From the IMG/VR virus record IMGVR_UViG_3300024299_000011, positions 6,291-70,290 of that record: a stretch of DNA of 64,000 bases. One strand, 5' to 3'. Origin of the DNA: a virus. Position numbers and translations under genes: made by a program. How positions within the stretch are numbered: the stretch's first letter is position 1; each line of letters begins with the position of its first letter. The notes below the pieces were generated by a model. That model ran no database searches and had not been told where the DNA came from. It worked only from the letters and a program-made list of their open reading frames with translations. Shown piece by piece: positions 28,342 to 38,070 of the stretch.

Positions 28342-31300
28342 TTACTTTACCCGCCTGGCTGATATTTTGTATGCTACTTCTAGATTTGTGGTTGATGTAT
28401 TCGCCGCTGCCTTTAGATACCAATTTTCAGTGCTTGTAACAATTATCCCGTTCCTAGATAGTGTCAATGTATCTCTATTGGTACTTGAACCCCTCTTTGT
28501 GGTTACTAAATATTCAATGCCCTCAGTCCCAGGGGATGTTGTTCCCGATACGTTATTTATACCCAGTTGAACTAAGCTTGTTGTTGTTGCTCCATTTGAA
28601 TAATAGACTGCATGTGCTTGTATATCCCATTCACCTGGTGATAGAGATATTGTTGCAAGATCCCCGTATGTGCTTGCTGTAATGGGAAAAGAAATAAACC
28701 CCGAACTTGCCTCAACCAATTCAGTTTCACCATAAACACCGAATACTGAGAAGTCTGGGAGCTCTTCAATTGTAACGTATGTGAATTTGTCATCACCCGT
28801 ATATAGTACCTGATTAGCTCCTGAGTTCTGGTTAATTCTTATGTCAATATAGTCACCTTTAACTAACTTAATAGTATCGCTACCACTTATTTGCATAAAT
28901 GTAGACGTTGCACCAAACTGCGTCTCTCTGTCTAGGTTAGAATAAACTGCGCCATTTTTAAATAATATAAAAGTCGCCGACTCTGATTCAGTCCAAGCTG
29001 TACTACCCGCAAACAGCAAGGCAGATTTAACGCTATAGTATCCTGTTTTTGGTGCTGTAAATTTCCAACTTGCGCCAGTTGTAACCAAGCCTTGGTCGTC
29101 ATATTCTTGACCATCAAAATCTATAATTGTAGTACTACCTGTAGAGATAACTTGTCCTGAGTCTGTTTTATATCTAGCTTTTGCTGTACTAAACAAAGCC
29201 TCAGTCGTTGAAACTAGGTTAGATGCTTTCAGACCTTCAATTGGAACCGAAACCGTGAATGAAATATCTGAACCATTTCCAATGGAATTTCCGTTAACAG
29301 GAGTTAACCCGGAGCTAGCGGTGTCACCGCGGCCCATGTTTAGAAAAGAATCGCCACTTGTCCCTAGAACATTTAAATCAATAGAAGTAGCATAACTTGT
29401 ACCCATGCTACCTAGCATTTTTACAGAAGATGCTATAGACGAATCAATAGCTTTACCGTTAGGTAGTCCTATTTGAGCTTCGACACCCGTGTTTGTTCCT
29501 GAATTAAAATCAATTGAAAGCTCATAATTACTACCAACCCTTCTCCACCAACAATCGACACTTGAAATGCTACCGAAGCCTTGAGTCGTTGGCGTATAAG
29601 CTTCCCACTCTGTAATTATAGCACCAGGAGCAAATTGTTCTGGACCAACTTTTACATTATCTAAAATCATTCCATGAGCACTTGTATTTGTTGTAGCTAT
29701 ATGAAATATTAATCTATAATTTTTAGAACTAGTAGTATAAAACTCTCCTTGAAATTTTGTATGAGTACTACTATCGGCTGTAGCAATAACATCACCATCG
29801 TTGTCGTTACTAACTCTCCCAATGAGTGTTGTGTTATCGATATCATAAACAAACACAGCAATGTCTCCTGAAACAAACCCAGGATTTACTGTAGAATATT
29901 CAAAAGATACATTTAACTTCTTACCGTTATCATCTGCGTTATCTATTGTAAAATCAGTTGAAAAACCTTGGCCTTGTTTACTAGCACCATCTTTAATTAA
30001 CTGTAAACTGCCTACTCCTCTAACTATAATACTAGCGTTAACAGTTCTACCTAAAGATATACCAGAAGCAGTCCCACCAGTCCCATCTACGGGGGTTGCC
30101 GAAGCTCCGTCGTTGTAAAGACTCCAGCCAGAAGTGTCATTTTCTATATCAGGATTAGATATATAGTTTATCCCACCCTGACCACCACCACCACCAAGAT
30201 CTATTAGCGACGTTCCATCATCACCTTTATAAGTATTGGTAGTATCATCAAAATACACAGCACCTTTTTTTCTAGCCAATAAACCTAAGTTTGTTGAAGT
30301 ATCGCTACTGACAACAGCTCTATTAGTCGCAGAAGCAGCTCCCGTTAAGTCAATATTAGATGTTGTTATTGTTTTATTAGTAACAGTCTGTGCATGGTCT
30401 TCTAACACTACGTCATCAGCAACAGTTGCATCAGGAATTGTAATTACACTTTGGTTGCCTGTGGCTCTAGTTATACTATCAGCACTTGCTCCAGTAATTG
30501 TATTAGTGCTAGACGCTAGATTCTTATTTGTAACAGTTTGAGTGCTACTTACATCCACAACTTCAACTTCAGATCCTAAAGCACCTAATTTAAACTTAGA
30601 AGCTAAAGCGTCTTCATAAATTATAGAACCATCTGTACCAGTTCTCTCTACAGTTAATCCTGCACCCTCAGAAGATCCATCAGTACCTGTTTTATTTACT
30701 GTTATATTTGTATCCGTAACATCAAGAGTTGCCGTGTTAAGCGTTGTAGTAGTCCCATTAACCGTCAGATCTCCAGGAATTGTAACGTTGTTTGTGTCAT
30801 CAATTAGAACACCAGATCGTTCTACAGCATCACCAGCAGCATTAGATTTCATTACTGAGTTATCTACGCCTGCACCATAATCATCTATCTTAGCGTCTAG
30901 TTGAGTTTGCACATCACCAGTTAATCCGTTTAATCTAGACAGCTCAGTGTTATCTACATCTCCGTTACCGATCTTAGTAGCATCAATTGCCGCAGCAGCT
31001 TTTATATCAGCATCAACAATATTAGTTATTGTGTTATTATCAGAGTCAATAGATTTATTAGTAATTGTCTGTGTATCCGTATCTCCTACAAATTCCCCAC
31101 CTGGAGCATCTTTAGCGTCCACTGTAACACCGAGACCATCTCTACTCAATACCTTATTGGCCTTAGCTAACTCAGTTTTTAAAGAAGTTAAAGCTAAATC
31201 CTGAATAGTATTAGTATCTCCGTCAATTGTTTTATTTGTAAGAGTGTCTGTAGTTGCTTTTCCGATTAAAGTGTCATCAGCATCAGGAAGATCTATACTT

Positions 31301-31440
31301 CGATCTACAGTCTGTTTTGCTTTTAATGTAGTACGAGTTCCGGTAGTAGAGGCCACATCAGCTTCGATAGCCACCTCTTTGGTTCTATCCGTATCGTTTT
31401 GTATCAAAAGACCTTTGATTATTGATAGTAAGTTAAGCAT
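28342..31440 (-). CDS. Tail fibre/spike protein with carbohydrate-binding-like and C1q-like domains
   Basis: TLTNK repeats, GGGGGQGG linker, NYISNPDIE..GW, KFTAPKTGYY..LVKGDYIDI. Confidence 0.75.
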   Translation of the reverse strand: MLNLLSIIKGLLIQNDTDRTKEVAIEADVASTTGTRTTLKAKQTVDRSIDLPDADDTLIGKATTDTLTNKTIDGDTNTIQDLALTSLKTELAKANKVLSRDGLGVTVDAKDAPGGEFVGDTDTQTITNKSIDSDNNTITNIVDADIKAAAAIDATKIGNGDVDNTELSRLNGLTGDVQTQLDAKIDDYGAGVDNSVMKSNAAGDAVERSGVLIDDTNNVTIPGDLTVNGTTTTLNTATLDVTDTNITVNKTGTDGSSEGAGLTVERTGTDGSIIYEDALASKFKLGALGSEVEVVDVSSTQTVTNKNLASSTNTITGASADSITRATGNQSVITIPDATVADDVVLEDHAQTVTNKTITTSNIDLTGAASATNRAVVSSDTSTNLGLLARKKGAVYFDDTTNTYKGDDGTSLIDLGGGGGQGGINYISNPDIENDTSGWSLYNDGASATPVDGTGGTASGISLGRTVNASIIVRGVGSLQLIKDGASKQGQGFSTDFTIDNADDNGKKLNVSFEYSTVNPGFVSGDIAVFVYDIDNTTLIGRVSNDNDGDVIATADSSTHTKFQGEFYTTSSKNYRLIFHIATTNTSAHGMILDNVKVGPEQFAPGAIITEWEAYTPTTQGFGSISSVDCWWRRVGSNYELSIDFNSGTNTGVEAQIGLPNGKAIDSSIASSVKMLGSMGTSYATSIDLNVLGTSGDSFLNMGRGDTASSGLTPVNGNSIGNGSDISFTVSVPIEGLKASNLVSTTEALFSTAKARYKTDSGQVISTGSTTIIDFDGQEYDDQGLVTTGASWKFTAPKTGYYSVKSALLFAGSTAWTESESATFILFKNGAVYSNLDRETQFGATSTFMQISGSDTIKLVKGDYIDIRINQNSGANQVLYTGDDKFTYVTIEELPDFSVFGVYGETELVEASSGFISFPITASTYGDLATISLSPGEWDIQAHAVYYSNGATTTSLVQLGINNVSGTTSPGTEGIEYLVTTKRGSSTNRDTLTLSRNGIIVTSTENWYLKAAANTSTTNLEVAYKISARRVK

Positions 31441-31454
31441 TAATTATCTCCCTC

Positions 31455-31931
31455 TTATTGAGCTAAGCTTTTAGCTCTAAAATGTATTACACCAGAATAA
31501 TTTAAAGAATTTATATCATTTGATTTATATTGAACTTGTCCACCTGAAGTAAGATCAAAATCTACTCCAGAGTTACCAACAACATTACCGATAGCTATAG
31601 ACCACCCAACGTTATTATCATAAATAAGGTGCATTTCACCAGTCTCAGCAAAACCAGACGGGTTTGCAGTAGAAATTCTATAAACTGAATATTGAACAAC
31701 AGCAGATCTTACTGCTGCGTTATTGAAAACTAGGCCTATTATATCAGCAAGTGTTGCTTGATTATTCACAATATTGAACGAAGATTCTAATATATCATTA
31801 GGCCCAACAACGTCATTTAATACGCTAGTAACCTCTTCTGCCCATTTAGTTGCATCTGAGCCCCAGCCTGGTTCATCACCTTTAGTTGGATACGAAAACG
31901 GTTTGTTATTGACGATCAATGTTTTAGGCAA
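31455..31931 (-). CDS. Virion protein sharing a domain with the 769-aa fibre C-terminus
   Basis: SF...NNQ.TLA...G..F.N..VRSA..QYSV...E.G...GQ.QY.S...SG....RA present in both. Confidence 0.65.
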   Translation of the reverse strand: MPKTLIVNNKPFSYPTKGDEPGWGSDATKWAEEVTSVLNDVVGPNDILESSFNIVNNQATLADIIGLVFNNAAVRSAVVQYSVYRISTANPSGFAETGEMHLIYDNNVGWSIAIGNVVGNSGVDFDLTSGGQVQYKSNDINSLNYSGVIHFRAKSLAQ

Positions 31932-31960
31932 GATATACCCCTAGATTGTGAGTTAAGGCT

Positions 31961-31978
31961 TCACTTTATATTTGTTAA
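31961..31978 (-). promoter_or_regulatory. Late-promoter motif TTAACAAATATAAAGTGA (copy 2)
   Basis: Exact 18-mer repeat. Confidence 0.8.
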
Positions 31979-31986
31979 ATTTACTC

Positions 31987-32014
31987 TTGACACGGTCTAA
32001 ATCTGTGATATAAT
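31987..32014 (+). promoter_or_regulatory. Sigma70 promoter giving a probably leaderless transcript
   Basis: TTGACA, 16 bp, TG-n-TATAAT; ATG 6 nt downstream. Confidence 0.7.
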
Positions 32015-32020
32015 GCCTAT

Positions 32021-32218
32021 ATGGAACTTATTTTTATATTAATGGTAATTTTAATAATAGCTATATTCAGATCAACGTCTAATAGTGAGAGTAATAAACA
32101 CTGTTACACGCTGAAAAAGAATCATAATTGGGTCAGAAGTGGAGAAGAACCGGATACTTACCTGGTTTGTTCTATATGTAAGATGTTACCTGGCGGAGAA
32201 TCAGAGGAAGGGAATTAA
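32021..32218 (+). CDS. Small membrane protein with Cys/His motif
   Basis: N-terminal TM; C..H.W....C..C. Confidence 0.6.
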   Translation: MELIFILMVILIIAIFRSTSNSESNKHCYTLKKNHNWVRSGEEPDTYLVCSICKMLPGGESEEGN

Positions 32219-32617
32219 ATGTATAAATTTAGCAGGAAATCAAAGGCTAAGCTAGAAACATGTCACCCAGATCTACAGAGAGTGTTCAATGAGGCTATTA
32301 AGCACGTAGATTTTACTATACTAGAAGGTATACGGTCCTTAGAGCGTCAACAGGAGTTAGTTCGTTCTGGGGCTAGTAAGACGCTCAATTCTATGCATAT
32401 AGAGAAACCTGATGGAACCTCGCATGCTGTAGACGCAATTGCTTATCCGATTCAGTGGGATAATTACAATAGAAATTATTTATTTGCTGGATTTATTAAA
32501 GGAATTGCCGCAGGAATGGGGATTAAGCTTAGGTTAGGAAGCGATTGGAATGGTGATTTCGATACTACAGATCAATCATTCCATGATTTGCCCCACTTCG
32601 AATTGGAGAAGAAATGA
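32219..32617 (+). CDS. M15-family (L-Ala-D-Glu peptidase-type) endolysin
   Basis: S...L...HPDL, EGIRS.ERQ, SMH......AVD, G.DW, DLPHFEL. Confidence 0.9.
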   Translation: MYKFSRKSKAKLETCHPDLQRVFNEAIKHVDFTILEGIRSLERQQELVRSGASKTLNSMHIEKPDGTSHAVDAIAYPIQWDNYNRNYLFAGFIKGIAAGMGIKLRLGSDWNGDFDTTDQSFHDLPHFELEKK

Positions 32618-33000
32618 AATACCACGATCCATTACATATACCCAGTGCTGAGAGAGTTGTTTGGCATAAGGGAGTAGAGGCTTTAATATTAAATAAAGAG
32701 CTACTAGATCAACAGAATTGCTGGACTAATTTAGATAAAATCAAAGAGTTACATTCAGAAAGATTGCATTTATGTGATATGATGATGGAAAGTGACGATA
32801 TAGACTTCCTGACATTATGTGACGCTTATTATACTTTAATTGAATTTGAATTACAAGAAGCTTGGGGATTTCCTTTAGATAAGAAATTTCATATGTTTTG
32901 GAGAAGAGTAAAATGCGAATGCGCTAAGCTAGATAACCAGGATGCATATCCTTTTGGGTATTATTCAATTAGCGGAGGATGTCCTTTACATGGCTCTTAA
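32614..33000 (+). CDS. Hypothetical Cys/His-containing phage protein
   Basis: LQEAWGF..D..FH..W...CEC..LDN...CPLHG. Confidence 0.65.
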   Translation: MKYHDPLHIPSAERVVWHKGVEALILNKELLDQQNCWTNLDKIKELHSERLHLCDMMMESDDIDFLTLCDAYYTLIEFELQEAWGFPLDKKFHMFWRRVKCECAKLDNQDAYPFGYYSISGGCPLHGS

Positions 33001-33319
33001 GATCCTAGCTTTTATATATAGACATACAGGATATTATAGTCCTTTAATTAAAGTGTATCAGTATGATGCGGTCATAGAATATATTAAAGAATGTAACTAC
33101 GATATAAGCGAACTTGGTATTCACTTATTTATAGGATGTTGGCAGACAAATCATGGATTATATAAAACTCATAGGAGGTTTAAATGAATGTATCATTTAA
33201 AGAGATTGAAGATTGTATACATAAAGAACCTTGGGCCTATATTTGCTACTGCCACCACGCACAAGGTCCATTAACAAAAGAAGAAGTTGTGTATATGTAT
33301 TATAAATATAAGGAGAACT

Positions 33320-33571
33320 ATGATTCAAGATAATTGGGATAAGTACAACGATGTACAAAAGAAAATAACATCGCTAGCTGATTCTCTTGGAGTTACAGAA
33401 GTTCACTTAAGAAAAAATGCTAAGAATTTTGACCTGATTATTAGACTACAGGTACAGCACCTCTTGATAGATAAACTAACTATACTTGAAACAATACATA
33501 ATAAAAAAATAAATAAAATATGTTCAAGTGAGGTGGTTTCTTTAGAGGAATATAAATGCAATATAATATAG
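33320..33571 (+). CDS. Hypothetical protein
   Basis: AGGAG SD before ATG MIQDN. Confidence 0.55.
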   Translation: MIQDNWDKYNDVQKKITSLADSLGVTEVHLRKNAKNFDLIIRLQVQHLLIDKLTILETIHNKKINKICSSEVVSLEEYKCNII

Positions 33572-33594
33572 ATTACAAGGTATAGGAGATTTAA

Positions 33595-34041
33595 ATGATA
33601 ACAATGAAGATTGAGATACCAGTTGGATCTAATGTTAAGTATGAGATAGATAAAGTTACTGGAGAGTTGAGGGTTGACCGACTGTCAAAACTGACATATC
33701 CTGCAACATATGGGTACATAAAAGATACGTTAGCTGAAGATGGGGACCAATTAGATGTGTTCTTATTAGGAAGTGACGTGTATATTCCAGGATCTATAAT
33801 AGATGTTGATATATTAGGGATGCTTGAAATGTCAGACAATGGGATTGTTGATAATAAAGTAATAGCTAAGGTTCATTGTGATAATTTAGGAGTAGCTCAA
33901 GATTACTTAGATAGGCATGTTAGGGTTATAAAGACTTTCTTGAGGAACTATAAAGAGAATACTATTGTAGGTAACTATGTAGATAAATCTGATACTGTTG
34001 AGTATTATGAAAAATGTAAGGAAGTTTATGAAAAGAAGTGA
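33595..34041 (+). CDS. ppa: Family I inorganic pyrophosphatase
   Basis: IEIP.GS.VKYE.D, DR, YP..YGYI..TL.EDGDQLDV, M.D.G..D.KVI, F..YK. Confidence 0.9.
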   Translation: MITMKIEIPVGSNVKYEIDKVTGELRVDRLSKLTYPATYGYIKDTLAEDGDQLDVFLLGSDVYIPGSIIDVDILGMLEMSDNGIVDNKVIAKVHCDNLGVAQDYLDRHVRVIKTFLRNYKENTIVGNYVDKSDTVEYYEKCKEVYEKK

Positions 34042-35142
34042 TGCGTTGGAAATTATAGATACAGTATTATATGAACACGAGTTACCTCTACTACAAGGTA
34101 TAGATAAAGAAATATTAGGTAGATTAGAACGAGCTGGGATGTTACCTCCTGCGGTTGATCCTAAGGTTTTTGGTTTAAAGCCAGAGCATGTGTGGGAACC
34201 TGAAGATGACTGAGTATAGATTAATTACAAATGGATTCAGGTATAGTATTCAATATTTAGGTAAGAAGTATATTTTCTTTAGAGAACCTAAGTGGTTAAA
34301 TTATACATACTATCCCTATTATATGGGTCTTAATGAGCGGTTTTACGGGACTAAGTTGGAATGCGAAGATCATATAAAGAAATTACTAGATTATGAGTCA
34401 GAAAGAAATGCAAAGTGGAGTGTTGTGTGAAAATAGTTGAGTGTTATTTTGAAGATTGTGGCGAGCCTGTTGTGGGGACTAAAACTAATAGTAAAGGCGC
34501 AAAGTTCTATGTTTGTGATTATCATTACCAGATGCTATTAAATGTATTTACTCCGGATGATGTACAAGAAAAGACTTTCGAGAGAGTAGATGAAGAAACT
34601 GTTTAGTGTTTATATAATTGTTATACTACAGGCGTATTTGGCAGGTTACTGCTATTTAGAAAAAGAGTATACAGCTGCAGGAGTGTTGGTTTTATGTACT
34701 GTGGCGACGTTTCTGGTGGCTAAAATGATAAGAGGAGCAATGAAATGATTGATTGGTTCTATGGAAAAGCGGAACCAGAGCATCAGATGTGGTTTGGTAT
34801 AAATGGATTTAGGTATGAGTCATCTCGGTGGAGTCCATCAAGAGAAGAGAAAGTTAAAGAGCGTGGTTGGTATTTATACTTGTTTGTTGCAGGATATCAA
34901 TTGGTGTTATTTAGAGAGGTAGAAGTATGAGGTTTTGGATCAAGATTGCTTTAATAGTACATGCGTTGGGGTTTTAATATAAAAAGGGGATGTAGATGAT
35001 TTTAGAAAAAGTAATAGCATTTATTAAATATATAGTATTTTTGTTTGTATTAGTGTTTTTTTGTGCTGGAATTGACTGTGTTTTTAATAATACAAAAAAG
35101 ATAGATCATTGTAATAAAGTAAAGTATATAGATGAAAAGTGA
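34028..35142 (+). other. Run of small hypothetical ORFs (e.g. 34028-34213, 34206-34430, 34427-34606, 34745-34930)
   Basis: Overlapping start/stop codons and SD motifs; no recognisable domains. Confidence 0.55.
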
Positions 35143-35153
35143 ACAACTACAAC

Positions 35154-36485
35154 TTAAGTTAAGATTAATGAATATATATTATTAGTACTTTCCATTATTT
35201 TTATAAATCCATTTTTTTTGAGCATAGCTGGGCCACTCTTTGATCCATCGTAATCACTTCCCAATATTCCCGGAAGTTTGTGCTTCATTAACTTTTGTCT
35301 ACTATACTTAACTCCATCTTTAATGTAATGATAACTTCTCTCAGTTTCTCCAATATAACTAAACCCCAAAGCTAAATACACCTTCCCTCCATTCTTATAA
35401 CTAGACACAGCATAGGACAGTATACTATCTGGATTATATTCTTTTATAAAGGCCTTTAGTAACTTACTGGCCCCACCAACAACAACAATACTCCCTTTAT
35501 AACATAACCTATACAACTCCCATTTAAACTCAACTCTCCTACCCCTAGGAACACCGAAGCTCATTAAACAAACCAACTCCTCTTCATAATACAATCCATA
35601 ACAAACCGTTGTAGGTATACTTTTTTGTCTATGATATTTATCTAAGAATGATTTATGTTCAGACCATCCGACCTTACGTACCTTGCATTTTCTGGCATAT
35701 ATTTTAGATATAGAGTCAGCATAGCACCAGGAATATCCTTTATACTTCTTATTGTTTAATATAGATCTTCTTATACCGGTTTTATCAAAACCACCTACAC
35801 TGGCGTCTACACCTGACTTAAAATACAACTTATCTCCATTATCATTTACGCCAATAAATGGTCTGGCGGTAGTTTTTCTATCTCTATAAGATTGCTTAAA
35901 CTCTGATTTTGTTAAGGTTTTTATTGGATTCTTCTCCCTATACTGCCTAGTTTGGCTTATCTGACAACTCTTACAGATCCTCATTAACTTATCCCAAGTT
36001 TTATTATAAACATTAAATCCACTTAAAGGGAAAACTAAATTACACTTAGTGCATTTTTTACAAGAAATATCGTTAACTTCAATATGGTGATTTCTATTAT
36101 ACGCTATAATGGGTTCTTTTAAATTCTTGTAATACTCCTTTCTTGACTCTGATATCTTTAATTTAGTTTCTTCAGTATAAACAACTCTACTGTCTATAAT
36201 ATTTACCGTATTATATCCTTTAGGTGCTATACTATTGTTTTCCTTTATGTAGTATTCTTCCCTGGCAGCTATATTATCAAAAGGTATATTATCTTCAAGG
36301 ACCGTCGTAGTGAATTCGTTCCAAGAATACTTCTTTAACGCTCTGTAGAATACTGTACAACTCTTGTATGAATTATAGGTCTTATCTGACTTTCTCCACC
36401 TTCTAGCTGTAGTTTGAATAGTTGAGCCTATATAGACTTTACCGTTAATCTTGTTTTCGTGTTTATATATTATCCCAGTTTTCAT
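35154..36485 (-). CDS. GIY-YIG homing endonuclease with zinc finger and extra C-terminal domain
   Basis: GIIY...KVYIGST, REEYYI, GYN, CTKC..CKSC; C-terminal FL..YH.Q...WELYRLC...VVGGASKL. Confidence 0.82.
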   Translation of the reverse strand: MKTGIIYKHENKINGKVYIGSTIQTTARRWRKSDKTYNSYKSCTVFYRALKKYSWNEFTTTVLEDNIPFDNIAAREEYYIKENNSIAPKGYNTVNIIDSRVVYTEETKLKISESRKEYYKNLKEPIIAYNRNHHIEVNDISCKKCTKCNLVFPLSGFNVYNKTWDKLMRICKSCQISQTRQYREKNPIKTLTKSEFKQSYRDRKTTARPFIGVNDNGDKLYFKSGVDASVGGFDKTGIRRSILNNKKYKGYSWCYADSISKIYARKCKVRKVGWSEHKSFLDKYHRQKSIPTTVCYGLYYEEELVCLMSFGVPRGRRVEFKWELYRLCYKGSIVVVGGASKLLKAFIKEYNPDSILSYAVSSYKNGGKVYLALGFSYIGETERSYHYIKDGVKYSRQKLMKHKLPGILGSDYDGSKSGPAMLKKNGFIKIMESTNNIYSLILT

Positions 36486-36491
36486 ATTACC

Positions 36492-36520
36492 AGTATACTA
36501 TACATGAGGTTGTATGTCAA
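36492..36520 (-). promoter_or_regulatory. Sigma70 promoter for the endonuclease (leaderless)
   Basis: TTGACA, 17 bp, TATACT, 6 nt, ATG. Confidence 0.7.
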
Positions 36521-36552
36521 GTAAAAGGTGGTATACAATTCATGGTGAGACA

Positions 36553-36584
36553 TAAAAAAAAGGACCCCATTGCAGAGTCCTTTA
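36553..36584 (-). terminator. Intrinsic terminator after the major capsid gene
   Basis: AAAGGACTC-TGCAAT-GGGGTCCTTTTTTTT on the - strand. Confidence 0.8.
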
Positions 36585-36618
36585 TATAATATCTTAACTG
36601 AGTAGTTAAGTATTTAAA

Positions 36619-37839
36619 TTAATTAACTATTCCTTTTACAAGACAATTCTTGCCAGGAGCGTAGCACAAAAGCGCTTGATCGCTGTATGCTCTTAATTCA
36701 TATCCTGCAGCATTTTCTAACTCACGGAAGAAAGTGTCACCTTGATCAGGACGGTTGAATGTGATATCACTAGAACCAATTCTTAACATTTCTTCTTCAC
36801 AAAGAACATAAGAAAATCCTTCTTTAACATAAATGCTAGGAACGATTTCTACTTTACCATTTTGGCCGTAGAAAGTGATTTCTTGATGTCCAGCTTCTGA
36901 AACAGAAACACTGTAAGAACTATCATACTGACGTAGAGCAGTTTGCTCAGTTAAAAGGTCAGACCAAGTTCTAGGGTTAACGAAAACACATACGTTGCTA
37001 TCAAGACCTTTTTCAACTGCACGAGCAATTGCATCTTGAACCTTAGCGAAAGAAAGAGGATTTCCAGCTAAATCGATTTCGTTACCTTTCCAAAGGTTAT
37101 ATTGAGAAGCATCTATGCCGAATAAAACTCCAGTATTAGTTAGTATCTTATGGATACCAGCAGCTTCTTTACCTTTAGCACCTTTATAATAGATGATGTC
37201 AGTGGCAACAGTACCAGCAGGCATCGCATCTACAGTGATTTCACGAGTATCCATGTCAATTCCTGAAATCTGAGCAGTACCACGTAAAGTAGTAGAAGTA
37301 GCATCATAGATGTCAATCTTCATAGCTTCAGAACCAGCGAATATTCCAGGTGCCCAATCAGCAGTAGTAACAACTAAAACGTTACCTACAGGAAGTGCAT
37401 CTACAGATCCTATGCCAACACCACCATAAAACAAACCAACTTCAAGTCTTTTAGACATTGAACGAAGCATGTTTCTTACTAGGAACTTAGTAGCGTTTTC
37501 AAATGCTTTTGGCTCTCCACCAGCAGCTCTTGAAGCAGCAGCGATACCAAGACGAGATCTAAGCATCATTTGTGAACCTTGAACAGAAGCGTCACGGATT
37601 ACACCGTTAACAGCGTCATCTAATGCGAAAGCATCGTCAGTTGGTCCAGCATAAGTAATACCGTGCTCTAGGCCTAATATTACAGGTTGGTGATATAAGC
37701 TACCTAAAGCTTTCTTTCTTCCAGAAAATGGAACTTTCTGCATGAACTTTGTTCCTTCTGGGATTAAATTTTCTAATTTATCTGCGTATATTTCTTTAAA
37801 TAAACCATTTAGTGTGGTTATGGTATTTTCTCCAGCGAT
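36619..37839 (-). CDS. Major capsid protein, 406 aa, probable ATC start
   Basis: Follows the scaffold, has its own late motif and terminator; frame extends 32 codons past the listed ATG to AAGGAGC-5nt-ATC GCT GGA GAA. Confidence 0.82.
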   Translation of the reverse strand: MAGENTITTLNGLFKEIYADKLENLIPEGTKFMQKVPFSGRKKALGSLYHQPVILGLEHGITYAGPTDDAFALDDAVNGVIRDASVQGSQMMLRSRLGIAAASRAAGGEPKAFENATKFLVRNMLRSMSKRLEVGLFYGGVGIGSVDALPVGNVLVVTTADWAPGIFAGSEAMKIDIYDATSTTLRGTAQISGIDMDTREITVDAMPAGTVATDIIYYKGAKGKEAAGIHKILTNTGVLFGIDASQYNLWKGNEIDLAGNPLSFAKVQDAIARAVEKGLDSNVCVFVNPRTWSDLLTEQTALRQYDSSYSVSVSEAGHQEITFYGQNGKVEIVPSIYVKEGFSYVLCEEEMLRIGSSDITFNRPDQGDTFFRELENAAGYELRAYSDQALLCYAPGKNCLVKGIVN

Positions 37840-38005
37840 AATGTGCTCCTTGGTTATTATACGTTATTTACATATAATTGTTGATATTTATTGTTTATTA
37901 TTTAATGATATGTGCCAAATAATTAATCAATATTACGGGTTTACCAAGAAGCTCCAAACGGCGTACTTCCGATTCCAACAAAATATAACATAATATATTG
38001 CTCTA

Positions 38006-38023
38006 TCACTTTATATTTGTTAA
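38006..38023 (-). promoter_or_regulatory. Late-promoter motif (copy 3)
   Basis: Exact 18-mer upstream of the capsid gene. Confidence 0.8.
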
Positions 38024-38070
38024 CTTATACACCATATTGGGCACATTATTTGCACCCAATACAATATTAC

